A stretch of DNA of 64,000 nucleotides from Camelus ferus (taxonomy: Eukaryota), in assembly GCF_009834535.1 (NCBI RefSeq), contig NC_045697.1, positions 72,108,001-72,172,000 of the forward strand. Reading direction: 5' to 3'. The position numbers and the translations under genes were made by a program. The notes under the pieces are model-generated. The model was not told the origin of the DNA and did not search any database. It saw only the letters and a list, made by a program, of their open reading frames with translations. Positions 38,984-52,034 of this stretch are shown here, piece after piece; within the stretch, counting starts at the first letter, position 1; each line of letters opens with the position of its first letter.

Positions 38984-39430
38984 TGTATTAGTGTCCAAGG
39001 GCTGCTGTGACAAATTACCACAAACTAGGTGGCTTAAAACAACGGAGATGTGTTCTTTCTGAGTTCTGGAGGCTAGAAGTCCAAAATCAGGATGATGGCA
39101 GGGTGGGTTACCTCTGGAAGTTCTGAAGGAGAATCTCTTCTGTGCCTCTTCCCTAGCTTCTGGTGGTTACTGCCAGCCCTTGGCGTTTCTTGGCTTGTTG
39201 CTACATCATGCTGGCACAGTGGCCTTCTTCCCTGTGGCTCCTTTCTGTCTCTGTATCCACATCTCCCTCTTTTCTCGCATAAAGGTACCAGCTATTGGAT
39301 GCAGGGCCCACTCTTCATTATGACCTGATCTTAACTTGATTACATCTGCAGAGACCCTATTTCTAAGTAAAGTCACATTCACAGGTATTAGGGATCAGGA
39401 CTTGAATATACCATTTTTAGGGGGAACATG
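38984..39430 (-). mobile_element. MaLR solo LTR (MLT1B/C-like)
   Basis: TGTATTAGT...CAAATTACCACAAACTAGGTGGCTTAAAACAAC...GACCCTATTTCTAAGTAAAGTCACATTCACAGGTA. Confidence 0.85.
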
Positions 39431-41779
39431 AAGTATTTACTTAAAACTCATCTAGTGAGGAGCCAGGTTTGTATAGTAAAAAGGACTTAGAATTCAAAGA
39501 TCCTTATGCAAGTGCTGGCTGTTCTTAAAACCTGAGGAATCACTTAGCCCCCCAGATCCTCACTTTTCCATTTGTGAAATAGAAATGCTAGTGCCACACC
39601 CACAGGGATGTTGAAAAGATTTAATGGTCAACGACTGTGTTTTGGGAGAATAAAAGTGTTCAGTATAATTGTATGAACAGTTATGAAGTGATAACCAGTG
39701 TCCTTGTTTTCTTTTTCTCCTAACTTTTTACTTTAAATGATTTCAACCCTATAGAAATGTTGAAAGTTCAACAGATCTTTATTGGTTTAAATATATGGAG
39801 GAGAGGAGCAGGAGGAGAGGGGGAAAGGTGAGGGGGGAGAGAGATTTATATATATTTATATATATAAAAGATTTATATAAATATACTTATGTATATATAT
39901 AAATTGAACCATTTGAAAGCAATTTTCAGATTCTAAGGTAATTACAATGGCAATATTAAATATCAAGAAGTATTTAAAATACTGAGATTTATTCATTCAT
40001 CAGCTATTTATTGAGGCATTACTATGTACCAGAACATTGGCTAAGGAGGGGTACAAAAATGAGTGGCACATAGACCCTAATCTCAGGAAGCTGCTATTCT
40101 AGTATGAAGGACAAAGACATAAACAGTTTCCATACGCTGATACGTGCTGCAGTAGGAGTCTGCACAGAATGGGACAGAAACGTTGAGAGGGATCACCCCG
40201 TGCCGCCTGGGATAAAGAGCTGGGTTATGGAGTACTTTCCAAAGAAAGTCTATATAAACTGAGATTTAGAAGACACAGTTTGCTAGGCTAGACGAGGAAA
40301 GGGAACACTAAGCTACCAGGGCAACCTGGTCCAAGGTTTGTAATCATTTCACACTTAAACTTTAACAGCAACACCTAAAAAATGGATTTTCCAAGTTTAT
40401 ACATGCAAAGAATCAGTCAGAAAACCAGAGGTGAAATGCTTTTTAAGGGATCTAGTATTGCTTCTTTAAATAAAATTGACTTTATATAGCATTCATTACC
40501 CTTGATAACATTCTGATTGATTCAGAAAGAATGAGTATGCATTGCTTTTCACATTAAGATGTTCCTTTTGAATTTTAGTGTACAAATGGTGAAATAGGAT
40601 AAATCTGGGAACATTTTCTTTGATTACAGCATTAAAGACATTTAGCTACTCACATTATCAAAAACCTGTGTTTTACCTTTCGCTTTTAATGTACTATCTC
40701 TAACAATTAAAGGCAAACTCTAACCAGCATTACAGTTGGTCTGCTTGATTTTAAACCATGCTTTCCTGTCTGCACACAGGAAATTCTATCAGCAAGAGAT
40801 GGTCCTTCATGCCACATAAGAGTAAAAGCTGCCAAAAACAGTCATTTCGAAAGTTTTTCTTATGTGGGCATTTTGTGATCATCAGCAGTGGGGGTAGGGT
40901 ATGTTCTGATATTTCCATTTTTGAAGGGAAAGGTCCTTGAAGGTTGTTTTTTCCCTTATCTCAAGATTAATGGCATATATTTCCTGAAGTTTACGTGTCC
41001 TGAGTGAGAGTTCCTCAGTGTTTTAATGTATTCTGGAATTTGCCTTCCACCCCTGACCTGATGCACAGTACCAGCTGCGGCACACAGCACAGCTTCCCTC
41101 TTCTTGTCTGAAGGGGAGCGTGGGTCTCTCCTGAGATCAGAGCTTTTGCCCTGTATGCGCTCATTTTAGCCACCTGCAGGACCATAAGAAAGGTTTTTTT
41201 CTGCCAGGTCATCTTTTCTGCTCTGAGACTGGTGAATACTCTCTGTAAGGTGGGGCTATTTTTATAATAATGTTTTTTCATTCCTATATTTCCTTTTCAG
41301 CAAACAGTGAACAGCGTAGATGAACTTTACTCTTAACCATTGAAGTGGAGCACATTTATTGTTCCTCAATTGAAAATTTGCATACCACGCAACTGGATCT
41401 GAAGCATTCTTTATTTAAACACTGTGTTTCTTACTCTTGACTTAGCTAGACATACTAGATTCTTAGGTACCCAAGAACATCAATAATATACTAATAAAGA
41501 GAAGGAGTAAAATATTGCTTTGGTTTTTTTTTTAATACCAGCTCCAGCACATTTGCTAACTAGCACATTATAAAAAATGAAATATGTTTTGATTTCTGTG
41601 CTGTCCGCAGACATTTCACAGATGACTTATTGAGGCTGAAAGAAATATCAAACTCAGAAATAATGAATTTTAAATCCTAAGTGAACAAAGTGGGAGGAAA
41701 ACATTTCTCATGGGAAAAGTAATTATTAGTAACTTGCCTAGATAGGATATAATTCAATCCAAATATATTGCTTGCCCAC

Positions 41780-42204
41780 TGTGTTAGTTTTCTGGTGTTA
41801 CTATAACAAATTAGCACAAATTTAGTAGCTTGATAAAAAAACACTGATTTATTCTCTTACAATCTGGAGGTCAGAAGTCAAAAATCAAGATGTCGGCAGA
41901 GCTGCATTCTGTCTGAAAGCTTTCTCTTCCTTTTTGAGCTTCCAGAGGCGCCTGCATTCCTTGGCTTGTGATCCTTCCATCACTCCAGCCTCTTGCTTCC
42001 ATTGTCACATCTCCTACCATCCACTTTGACCTCCTGCATCCCTCTTACCAGGCCCAACTGGATAATTCAAGCTACTCTCCCCACCTCTGTATTCTTACCT
42101 TCATGACATTTGCAGAATCCATTTTGCTACATGAGATAGCATTCACAGGTTTTGGAGATTAGGATGTGGATGTCTTTGGGGGAGCCATTATTCAGCCTAC
42201 CACA
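41780..42204 (-). mobile_element. MaLR solo LTR (MLT1D/E-like) with 5-bp TSD CCCAC
   Basis: TG...CA termini. CCCAC at 41775-41779 and 42205-42209. Ends with the typical ATTATTCAGCCTACCACA. Confidence 0.88.
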
Positions 42205-42817
42205 CCCACTAAATTCCAGATTACATTGTGTTAGGTAGGTAAATGTGAAAAAAACAAGTGTGGGAGCTCAGTGCCCAATTACCTGCTCCTTGGAGTAAGT
42301 CGTATTTTCAGATTTTCTGTAAATTGTTCCAGGGCTGCTGTCTCCTTCTTTCAGGACTTAAAGCTGAGTTGCTAGAGGAGGAGTTACTTACCATCATAAA
42401 AGAAATATAGATTTCTAGGATTAGATTCTTACGCTTATATTTCTAAGAGAGTCCAAGCTTTAAATTATTCATTTAATGAAGATTGAAGTATCCACTCTGA
42501 TAAACATACACTAGGCCCTGGAGATGCACCAGTAAGCAAGTTATACCAGGTCCTTAACTCTGTGGACTTTGTAGCTGGCTCATTCTTCTGGAATCCCTTT
42601 GTCACAAAAACTTAGCCCAGCCCCATGGAAAGTTCTGTACACATGAGAACCCAGCTAGATCTCATGAGCATGTTTTTAAAATCCTGTTGTGAAATATTTT
42701 CAGATTTTTGTTTTTGGCTTATTTTTTGTTCCTGTAATTTTTAGGTGTTTTCAGTTCAAAATTTTAATAGTGTTGGAATAATAATGATTGAAATATTCAA
42801 ATTTTCTTTTTTTGTAG

Positions 42818-42893
42818 ATGTTTCATTTGGATCCTATGAATCATACAATATTTAATCCAGAATTATTTCAACCAGAGATGCCACTGCCAACAG
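42818..42893 (+). CDS. NFKB1: NFKB1 exon 3: [25 protein letters not shown] + 1 nt
   Basis: Acceptor TTTTCTTTTTTTGTAG|ATG, 76 nt, donor CAG|GTAAGA (phase 1). The peptide resembles the p105 N-terminal segment. Confidence 0.96.
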
Positions 42894-45800
42894 GTAAGAA
42901 AAGTCATCATTCCTGTTGCCCTGTCATTTTGCTTTTGCTTTTTTAAAATTCAGGATTTTCTGTAGGCTCTTTTAGAAGGTCAGTGATGTACCTAGAAAGA
43001 AAATGGTGATTTATGTTTTAAAAACTAATCTTTCCGTATATTTTTTGGACTGTATTTGCACAAACATGTTTGACCCTCGTTACCCATTGTATGACTGACA
43101 ATTGTTGCTGATATCTGCTAGCACAGCTCAGAATTTCTTTACTCAGTATGAGATTTTTCCTTTTGCCCCATCTTGTTATCTCTAAGTCCCTCATAACTCC
43201 TGTTTTCTTTGTCCCAGGCTCACATGAGGCAGTCTCAACTCCTCAGATCTATTCCAGAAACACTTACTTGAGTCCCTATTGTTTTCCAGCCAGTATACCA
43301 GGCACTGGGAACACAAAGTGTACAAAAATCACAAATGTCATCTCAGTAGAAAAGTCATCTTTTTAAGAAGCTTTTCACTTCACATTCTGACCAATTGGAT
43401 AAAACTTATGATAATCATCCTTTCTGCTAACATGACTGTATTAATTATCCCCATCTGCAAATGTTTTAATCTCATACAGATGATTAAAAAAATCAACTCA
43501 GTCTCTGTTTTTATTCCTTGATTTGTATGTAAGTGTATAGTGATAGCTCTTTTTATGTTCTCCTCACATCACCAGGGGGACTTAACAGATGTTCAAAAGC
43601 TGTGTGAGTAAATCATGGAAGTTGTATGTAAAACAGAGTTTGGTAAGCACTGAAGTGGACGTCAGGTGTTCTGCACCTGCTTGTCTTACTTACCATGGAC
43701 TTGCTTGTCTTCATGGGGATACTCTATCCAATTTGCATCATTCTCATTTAAAATTATTATTGTTACTCTAGTACTTAACTTTTCATTTTTTAGACTAGAT
43801 GTTTTTCTACATTTTTATCTCTGTTCTTTCTAAAAGTTCATGAGAGGGGAAAAAATAAATCTGCTATACCTTCGCCTTCACTAGCAGGAGTGTACTGCCG
43901 AGGCCTTTCTCTCCTTGCCCCACAAGACATTTTGTAGGCTCCTGTGTCTGAGCTCTCCTGCGTGCTGTCCAGCATAAGCTCTGGGTCAGCTTCCTGTGAA
44001 CAAGCAAATGTCTTGGTAGCTTCATTGCTTCCTGTGACCTTCTTATTCTGGGGATCAAAGTGTTTTTCTTGGTATTAATGCTTTATTGAAAACATAAAAG
44101 AAAACATACATATTTCCATTTAATGCCTTGTGGATGCCTAACAGTATCTTAATACAAATGCTTTCTTAATCTTTTTTTTTCATTGAGTTTGTGGAGCTAA
44201 AAATAAGATTATCAAAGAACCATCTGAGTAAGTATTCTGTAGTCAGAGCTTCATGTTGTAGGAATTATTTAGCCATGACATTAGAAAAATCTCTTACAAT
44301 TATACCTCAAAATCATATTTTCCAGTTATTGCCTCATTGTTTTGTCATGTATTTTCCCTCTGTATTGCAATGGCATAGTTCAGTTTTTATAATCTAAGAT
44401 GTATGTATATATTCACATTTTAAAGGGATAGAGAGGTTATGTAAACCATTATCAACTTTAATTTTCATGTGGACCATTTTATCTTCCATATTTCTTGAAA
44501 TCTGAAACCATTAGTAGTTCTGCTACTTGCCAGAAACTCTATGAGATATGGTACAACCGTTAGGTGTATAACATTATGCTGTAATTTAAAATTCTCTACA
44601 CAGTAGGATGTCAGTTCACGGTACCGAAATGTGGCCAAAAGAAAATTGGCATTAAAACAAATATATGCACATCAAATCTAATTTTCTAGTTGATTTAACT
44701 TTTGAATGTGTTCCCTGAAAGAGAAAAATGGGCCCATTTCACTAATAAAATTCCCAAACCTTAAAATTTCATATATTTAAAGGAGATTAAATCATACCCA
44801 AAATAAGCAAATTATATTACCTCCCTTAAATATTAACTCCATTTTTAGAAGAGTTAATAAGAAATAAGAGACTTGAAGTTTGATGTGTATGTGCTTCAAC
44901 TCCGCCATATTTTCCATGACATCCAAATGTTGCTTTCTTAGAGACCTCTTATTCATATGTTCGTCTAGCTTTCTAGAGGGAATGTTAATGAGTAGATTTG
45001 TTACATTGTCATACAGACTGTGTTTAGCAGTGTGAAAATATTTCTCTTTCTAATCCGTTTTATCTCCTTATCAGTAATTAAATTCTAGACATTTTTTTGA
45101 ATTTTTTAGTTTTAGCAGTTTCTTTTCTAACAGTAGTTTAAAATATCCAGGGATTAATTTCATGTAGACAAGAGAAGATACTTTACCTAAATTATACTGC
45201 ATTGTCCTGTCACTATCCTTTTTTCCTTTCTTATGTTACATTTCTCACCATATTCACTCATTTTTAAACTGACTTCCTTGTAAATTTCTTGAATAATAAC
45301 AGGAAATAATTATACCTCTGTTTCCTACAGTTCTGTAGCCTCATCCTGATTCATCATAATAGTAAAAAGATAAAAATAAATTCTCTCTTAAGTTATAGCT
45401 TATTTTTAATATCAACTTGAAGGTTTGGCTCTTCTTTGTAAATTTATTTATCTAAAACAATAGGTCTTGAACTTCTGGCCCAGAGACAGTGAAGATTGAA
45501 ATGGACAGAAGCATTCTCCTAAAATGTTTTAAGCACTGAACTTTTTAATTTACATTCAAACAAGTGAGAAACCCCATGAGCCTTTTAGGTATTGAACAGC
45601 TACTAGTTATTATACTGTTGACATAAAAACCAGCTGGGAAGCTTAGGGACTTTCTCATATTGAGCAAATTTGTATTTATACTGTCAGAGGTTCTGATTTT
45701 CCTTTGAATTTCCAAAGTCAGGTATAGTCAGGGTATGGATTAAGCTTCTAGTATACTTTGTTTTATGATAATTAATTGGTATGCACCTATCTAAATTATT

Positions 45801-46213
45801 TCCAGGATTTTATAAAATTCTTGTTTTAGAACAATTTATATGAGAGCACAGTATTCAAATATCATCAAACATCAAAAGCTATGGGTTAATAAAAAGAATC
45901 TACCATGTCTGATAGACCAAATTAAATTTGGGAGGGAGGAGGAACAAGCTAGCCAGTTAGGGAATGAGGGCAGTACTTCTGGATTCAAGTAAAGGAAAGG
46001 AACTGAAAACTCAGGAGAGCCTGAGATCATGATCTGTGTTTCTGACAGGTAGGTGCTAGCTCAGGCTCTTATCACTTCACATTAAGCACATTCTTTCTGG
46101 AGAATGGAAGTCAGATTCTAATGACGTGAAGGCAAAAGAAAATTTCCTAGTGCCCCGGACATGGTTGCTGCTTTTAGTTGGTATTAGTGTCATTTTAAAA
46201 ACACCTTGTTGTA

Positions 46214-46356
46214 GGGAGAGTATAGTTCAGTGGTTGAGTGCATGCTTAGCATGTACAAGGTCCAGGTTCAATTCCCAATACCTCCATTAAAAAAGAAAAC
46301 CTAATTACCCCCCCCCAAAAAAAACCAAAAACAAAATAAATCAATTTTTAAAAAAT
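46214..46356 (+). mobile_element. tRNA-derived SINE (Vic-1-like, long-tail form)
   Basis: GGGAGAGTATAGTTCAGTGGTTGAGTGCATGCTTAGCATGTACAAGGTCCAGGTTCAATTCCCAATACCTCC, then AACCTAATTACCCCC and an A-rich tail. Confidence 0.87.
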
Positions 46357-46689
46357 AAAACTTTGTTAGTAGACATGGTTGTGAAGGTTATTGACGTCTT
46401 AATTCTTGCTGGACATCATGCCTTTTGTTGGGTTGTGCAGTGTGCCATCACCAGTCAACAGACGTTTATATCGTGTGGTTCTCTAACGGTGTAAAACTGT
46501 TATTCAAATAAAGGTAAATTTAATATTAAAACAAAGAAGATATATCCTTTTGGAATTTCAGCTAAAACATTGATTTGAAGCCTCTATTTAAACACATAAT
46601 TTCAATTTTATCATTTGCTTTATATTTTTTTACCAAATTTGAGAAGCCTCACAGTTTCTTTTGGTTTCTGTTTGTTGTTTTGTTTTTAG

Positions 46690-46730
46690 CAGATGGCCCA
46701 TACCTTCAAATATTAGAGCAACCTAAACAG
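46690..46730 (+). CDS. NFKB1: NFKB1 exon 4: (A)DGPYLQILEQPKQ, start of the Rel homology domain
   Basis: Acceptor TTTTTAG|CAG|ATG (tandem NAGNAG), 41 nt, donor CAG|GTAAGA. Encodes the RHD motif GPYLQILEQPKQ. Confidence 0.97.
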
Positions 46731-49700
46731 GTAAGATTAAAGGGGTGGGACTTTCTCTTTATATATGGGATCCATAAGTCTAACATTAATATCTTGAGCA
46801 CTGAGTAAAATATTAATGAATTTTATGAAGGAAGTACCTTATCTAGAAGATCAACAACCTGCCAAAGTATTTATCCACTTTACATTTCTCTTAGTCATTC
46901 TTCAGACTGTCCTGAGCCTCCTGTCATGCTTAGTTAATCGTAGATCCTTCATATCCCACTGTCTCCACCAACTTTGCTTACCAGCCACTCCGAGGAGAGG
47001 CGTTATCCCCATTCATTTTCATCTATAAGGAAACACCTGTACATGCAGCTCACACACACCGAGTTTCATCCACCAACCGTCTCTGCGCACACACAGTGCT
47101 TCTCAGCCTTCTTCCCTCCTTGGGAGCTCCAGCCTTTTCTGTCTTTGGAATGTGTAACCTAAGACACTAAAAGTATCAGTGGGGTGTAGATAAAGTATTG
47201 GGATGGACAGTTTAGTCCTCTTCCCTCCAGGGTTAGTTTTATACTCAGCCTCTTTGGTGTCAGAAGAGGGGCATTTTATTTTGTCAGGCTCTTCCTCTTA
47301 CTACTAGATTCTGTAGAAGATACCTGGGAATTGAAGGGGCCTCCTCACCATGCCCCCTTGGGTAAATATTTATCGGAAATTGGATGGGACCAGTGCTATG
47401 AAAGAGGAGAGGAGAGAATCTTTAATATCTGCCTATAGGAGATTTCAGTCGTTAAGGGGTGGAAGTAATGGTGTAGTCCTCTGCAGAATGAGGACAAAGT
47501 CAGTAAACCTCTAAATGGATGTGCTTATTACCACATCTGTGTGAGACTGAGGATGTGTGTGCCTGCTCTCTTGCGGTTATATCACCCAGTACCTTTCCTA
47601 AATGTTTTCGGTAGCTCGGGTACGTAGAGTATAACACTTTTGCATTGTGTAACACTTAACAAATGCTGACTAGGTCAAGAATTTAAAGTATCTGTTGTGG
47701 TTACTATAGTCATGGCAATATATATGTATTTGGATTTTGGTCAAAATATAAAGTATCTATCTTAACTGTGACCAGATAGACAGTCCTTATGCAGTTGAAC
47801 TTAGATGAAAGTTCCTGGTGTGGGGACAGGAATGCCACATGACACTTCGGGTCGTTGCTCTATCGCCTGCAGGTGGCACACCCTGACTCCACAGGCTGCC
47901 GACATGACTTTGTTTTACCTCCGCGTCCAATTCCACAGCAGTGACTTCTCACAGATGGCCATCTATTCTCTCAAAGACCCTGCCAGTAGAAGTTTATCTC
48001 CTAACATTCTATGCAGTGGTCTGGCCTCCTGGGAAGTTTTCTATCTTGTAAGATCTGGGTGATCTGTGAAACTGAGAAATCAACTAAAATTTATTTGTCT
48101 GCATACTAGACAAAACATGTTGTTTTTCAAATACCCATTTTTATAAGCCTAGCACTGCAATAAGACTTCTTAAGTGGAGTTTCTTATCATGGGTCCAGTA
48201 GTCATAAGGAAAAATTGACATTTATGATTTACTTGAAGGATGGGTTGTGTTATATCCAAAATTCAAAATTCAGTTCACTCCATGTGCATACATAAAAGCA
48301 CATCTGAGTAAAACAATGTGTTTTCTTACCAAACTGATATTATTTTGATGTCTGACTCCAGTGAAAGTAAGAAGGTGGTATGTAAGTCAGACTTTCTGAC
48401 CGGATGGATGTAGCCTTGCCTTTGAGGTTGATGACTCATTTTAAGCAAATGGAGTTACTGAGATGAATGGCTGTGGATTGGCAAACCTTTAATCTCAAAT
48501 ATTTAGAATCAGAAATGCATTGACTATGCATTTGAAGACATCCTATCTTCCTAAAAAAAAAAAAAGCAGTAATAAATTTCTATCCTTAAGTTACAAATTC
48601 CTTTACATAGAAGTTTAGGTACTTACATCCAATCATGGATGTTATCTGTTGTTTTTCAGACTATAAGCAAGCTATTGGGACATGTCCCTTTATTCATGCT
48701 CTATTTGACGCCACTCCTATTAAAATATAAAAGTATATGTGTAGTATGTATTTCTCCAACTGTCCTAAAGAAATTTTGTGATTAAAAATAATGAATTACT
48801 TTATTAAGGTTTTAAAATAAAATCTAGAAAAATGTTCTTTTTTTCTTTCGGGTCTCTGCCACAGTTTCCCCAGCTCTGACAGAGATGAGTCACAGCATAG
48901 ACTCGTAACCTTCAGCGTGTCTAGTCCTATTGGATATTAAGTGCCAATTACCTAATGCTGTTTAAAAACTGCAGTTGTATTTTAAATTGATTAGCAGTCA
49001 AGTAAATCTCTACCTTTATGGTTAGATTCTACAGGCTAACTGTTGCATATGCAGTTGCTTTTTCATACTTTAAGAAATTTCACTGAATTATTAAAAATAA
49101 GCCAACAGCTTTTGCCTACAAAAGGTATAGGGCTGAATTTGTAACTTATTTTTTAGTTTAAATTTTGTGAGAAGCAGAAGAGAGGAGAATTGCCTCTAAA
49201 TAACTCATTTTACCTCCCAGGTGTTTAGGTCTGGGACCTCCTGAGGAGCCAGAGGCAAGAGTTGTTTTCGGTTCCACTTTGATAATTGATCATACTCCCC
49301 AGACCCATGTGTTACTTGAGGCATTTCCCCTACTGGGGAATTTACTTCAGGCCTTACTCATCCCATGAAATATGCTTTAGACTGATCTTCTTTGGAAATC
49401 AGAAAATTCTCAGAGAATTTAGAAGCAATTCCAGATGCTTTCCAGAGATTTAGTTAGTTCAGGGCCCCTGGACCACTCAGCTTGCTTTTAAGACCCTGTG
49501 AGGCATAGTGAAATGCAGTGCAATCTAAACAAGGCAAAAATTTTACATTGTTCCATGAGCTCAGAGCTGTCAAAATCTTTGTGTTTGCCAGGCTCTGTCC
49601 AATGTGCACGGCAGAAAGCCCCCACCAGCAAGCAGTACGTGTGTGGCGCTTCTGGTGGCCTCGGGATCTAACGCTGTTTATGTGAAGTCAGCTTCACAAT

Positions 49701-50735
49701 AAAAATAAATGAAAAATGATGATGTTCTTTAAAATATATTAACATATTCTTTTCACTAAAAGGTGAATTTGAGAAAAAGGAAAACCATCTGATCAAGTGA
49801 CCGTACAGTTATAAACTATTAACACTACCACCAATTGATGGAGTCTTTCAGGAAGAACATTGAAAGCTCCCTTAATATGATGATGGGATCCATTCTCATA
49901 ACTGTTCTTGTTTTATTCCTTATATATAAATATGCACATTTATAATTGTTAGCTTTGTAAATTATAAGATGTCAGAAGTGGAATAGACTCTGAAGATGGT
50001 CTTGTCCAATCTTCTTATTTGTATAGATTAAAAACCGTGGGACTTAGGTGTTTAATAGCCCACACGGTAAAGACTTCTAGTTAACTCTAAACTGATTTGC
50101 TACATCTGTAAAACTCTTGAGTTAATAATATTTAAAGGGACTCTGGTTTTGGATTCATTCAGGTCAGTGTGTATATCCAGCTTGAGTTTGACAATATTGA
50201 TAATCTTAAAGCAAAAATTTTATCTTCTGAGCTGTTGAGAGGAGCTGACAGATGCGGGTTCTAGCATGGGGTGTAGTCTACAACACTGATGTGATATATT
50301 TAACAAGACATTTCTGTATTCTCTCCTGAACCAACTGTAATCAGAGTAGATAAAGTAATTCCTTTAAGTAAGAGTCAAAGAAGCTTAACTTTGAGTCATA
50401 TGGCCAATTTCAGAGCTTGGCAGCAATTTGAGACAAGGAAGCTCTGATGCAGACAAGCTGTAGCATGTAGAGTCCAAGGCTTACAGCTCTGCAGCAGTTA
50501 CTCTCCATCTAGCATAGCAGGAGAGGTTCCGCAGGGCTAGGGACCTGGCTTTTGAGCCACAGCCGAGTGCACAAACATCAGTTAACATCAATGTTCATAA
50601 TAAGATGATGGGAAAAGTGGTTCTCATTTACAGTCCTCTTTCACAGTTTATGTTTTTCCTCTCTCCTCTGATATACACAAAAATTTAAAATTTGTGTATC
50701 ATTTTGTCCCGGTAATGTGTAGTAAGTATTTCTGA

Positions 50736-50912
<177 letters not shown>

Positions 50913-51229
50913 TAGGAGCAAAAGGAAGGAATGCTTCCCGTGACTACAATTTGCCTCTGCTCCTATGTTCACATGATTATTATATTTTAATATAAATGTG
51001 TCTCTTAGCAATAAAGTGACAGATTTAAAAAAAATCTGTAAATATTTCCATTTAGTAGAAATTATCTCAATATTAACTGACAAACTTTTCTTGTTTCTTG
51101 ATTATCTGAAAGGTGTTTTTAATTGTATGCTTCCTAAAACTTTAATAATTCTTTGAGAGAGTGCTTGATTTCAGCTCTTTGGAGATCTAGTGAAAAACAC
51201 TCAGACGACTGAGTGTATGGATTACATAG

Positions 51230-51430
51230 CATAGTACTTAAGATCATGAGTTCAGATCCAGCTCTGTTACTAGTTGTGTGCCTGTGAGTAGGTTATGCAG
51301 CACTTCTAAACCTCAGTACCTGAATGTGCAAAATGCAGACACGGTGACCGTCTGTACTTCATAGAGTCTCCCAGAGATTGAATGAGAAAATGTATACAGG
51401 GGTTCCACAGAGCGCCTGGGTGTACCATAG
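51230..51430 (+). mobile_element. MIR SINE
   Basis: GAGTTCAGATCCAGCTCTGTTACTAGTTGTGTG...CTAAACCTCAGT...CAGAGCGCCTGG. Confidence 0.6.
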
Positions 51431-51789
51431 GGCTTCCACCTGAGCAACTGTGCGTCCACACATGGTGGTCCTGGGGATGCCCTCCTTCAGGACACGCTGT
51501 GGTGTGCTTGACCAAGCCTCGTCTACATCTTCAAGTTCTTTCTCTGTTTATTTAATCGAGAATATCTTTTTCTAAGGTAATTGGAGGTTTTTATTTTCAT
51601 AATATGGTGTCATGTTTTATAGACTGATTGGTAATAGTTTTAAGATAAGCCAGTCAATAATTACAGTTTCATCATTTATAAACATTTTCATTTGTTCAGT
51701 AATTCAAAGCTTTTGGCAAAAGGTTTTCAACTCCCACTAAGCTGTGTGTGTCTCTTAGGATATGACATTCTTTTGGCCTCAGTCTTTTT

Positions 51790-52034
51790 TTTCTTGGCGG
51801 GGTGAGGGAAGTTGGGCATGGTTTTTTTTTTTTTTCTTTTCTTTTTTTCTCTCTTTTTTTAAATAAAGTTTTTAATTGAAGTATAGTTGATTTACAATGT
51901 GTTAGTTTCAGGTGTACAGCAGAGTGATTCAGTTATACACATATATCTTCTTTTTCATATTCTTTTCCATTATGTAAGTTTCTTACAGGATATTGAATTT
52001 ATTTCCCTGTGCTATATAGTAGGCTCTTGTTTAA
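51790..52034 (-). mobile_element. Heavily 5'-truncated L1 3' end with 15-bp TSD GGCCTCAGTCTTTTT
   Basis: TTGAAGTATAGTTGATTTACAATGTGTTAGTTTCAGGTGTACAGCAG matches the L1 end at ~2020-2080. TSD at 51775-51789 and 52035-52049. Confidence 0.9.

Noticed and set aside
51197..51216. Small hairpin ACACTCAG-acga-CTGAGTGT, and a similar 8-bp stem near 48513
   Set aside because: Stems of 8 bp are expected by chance at this window size.
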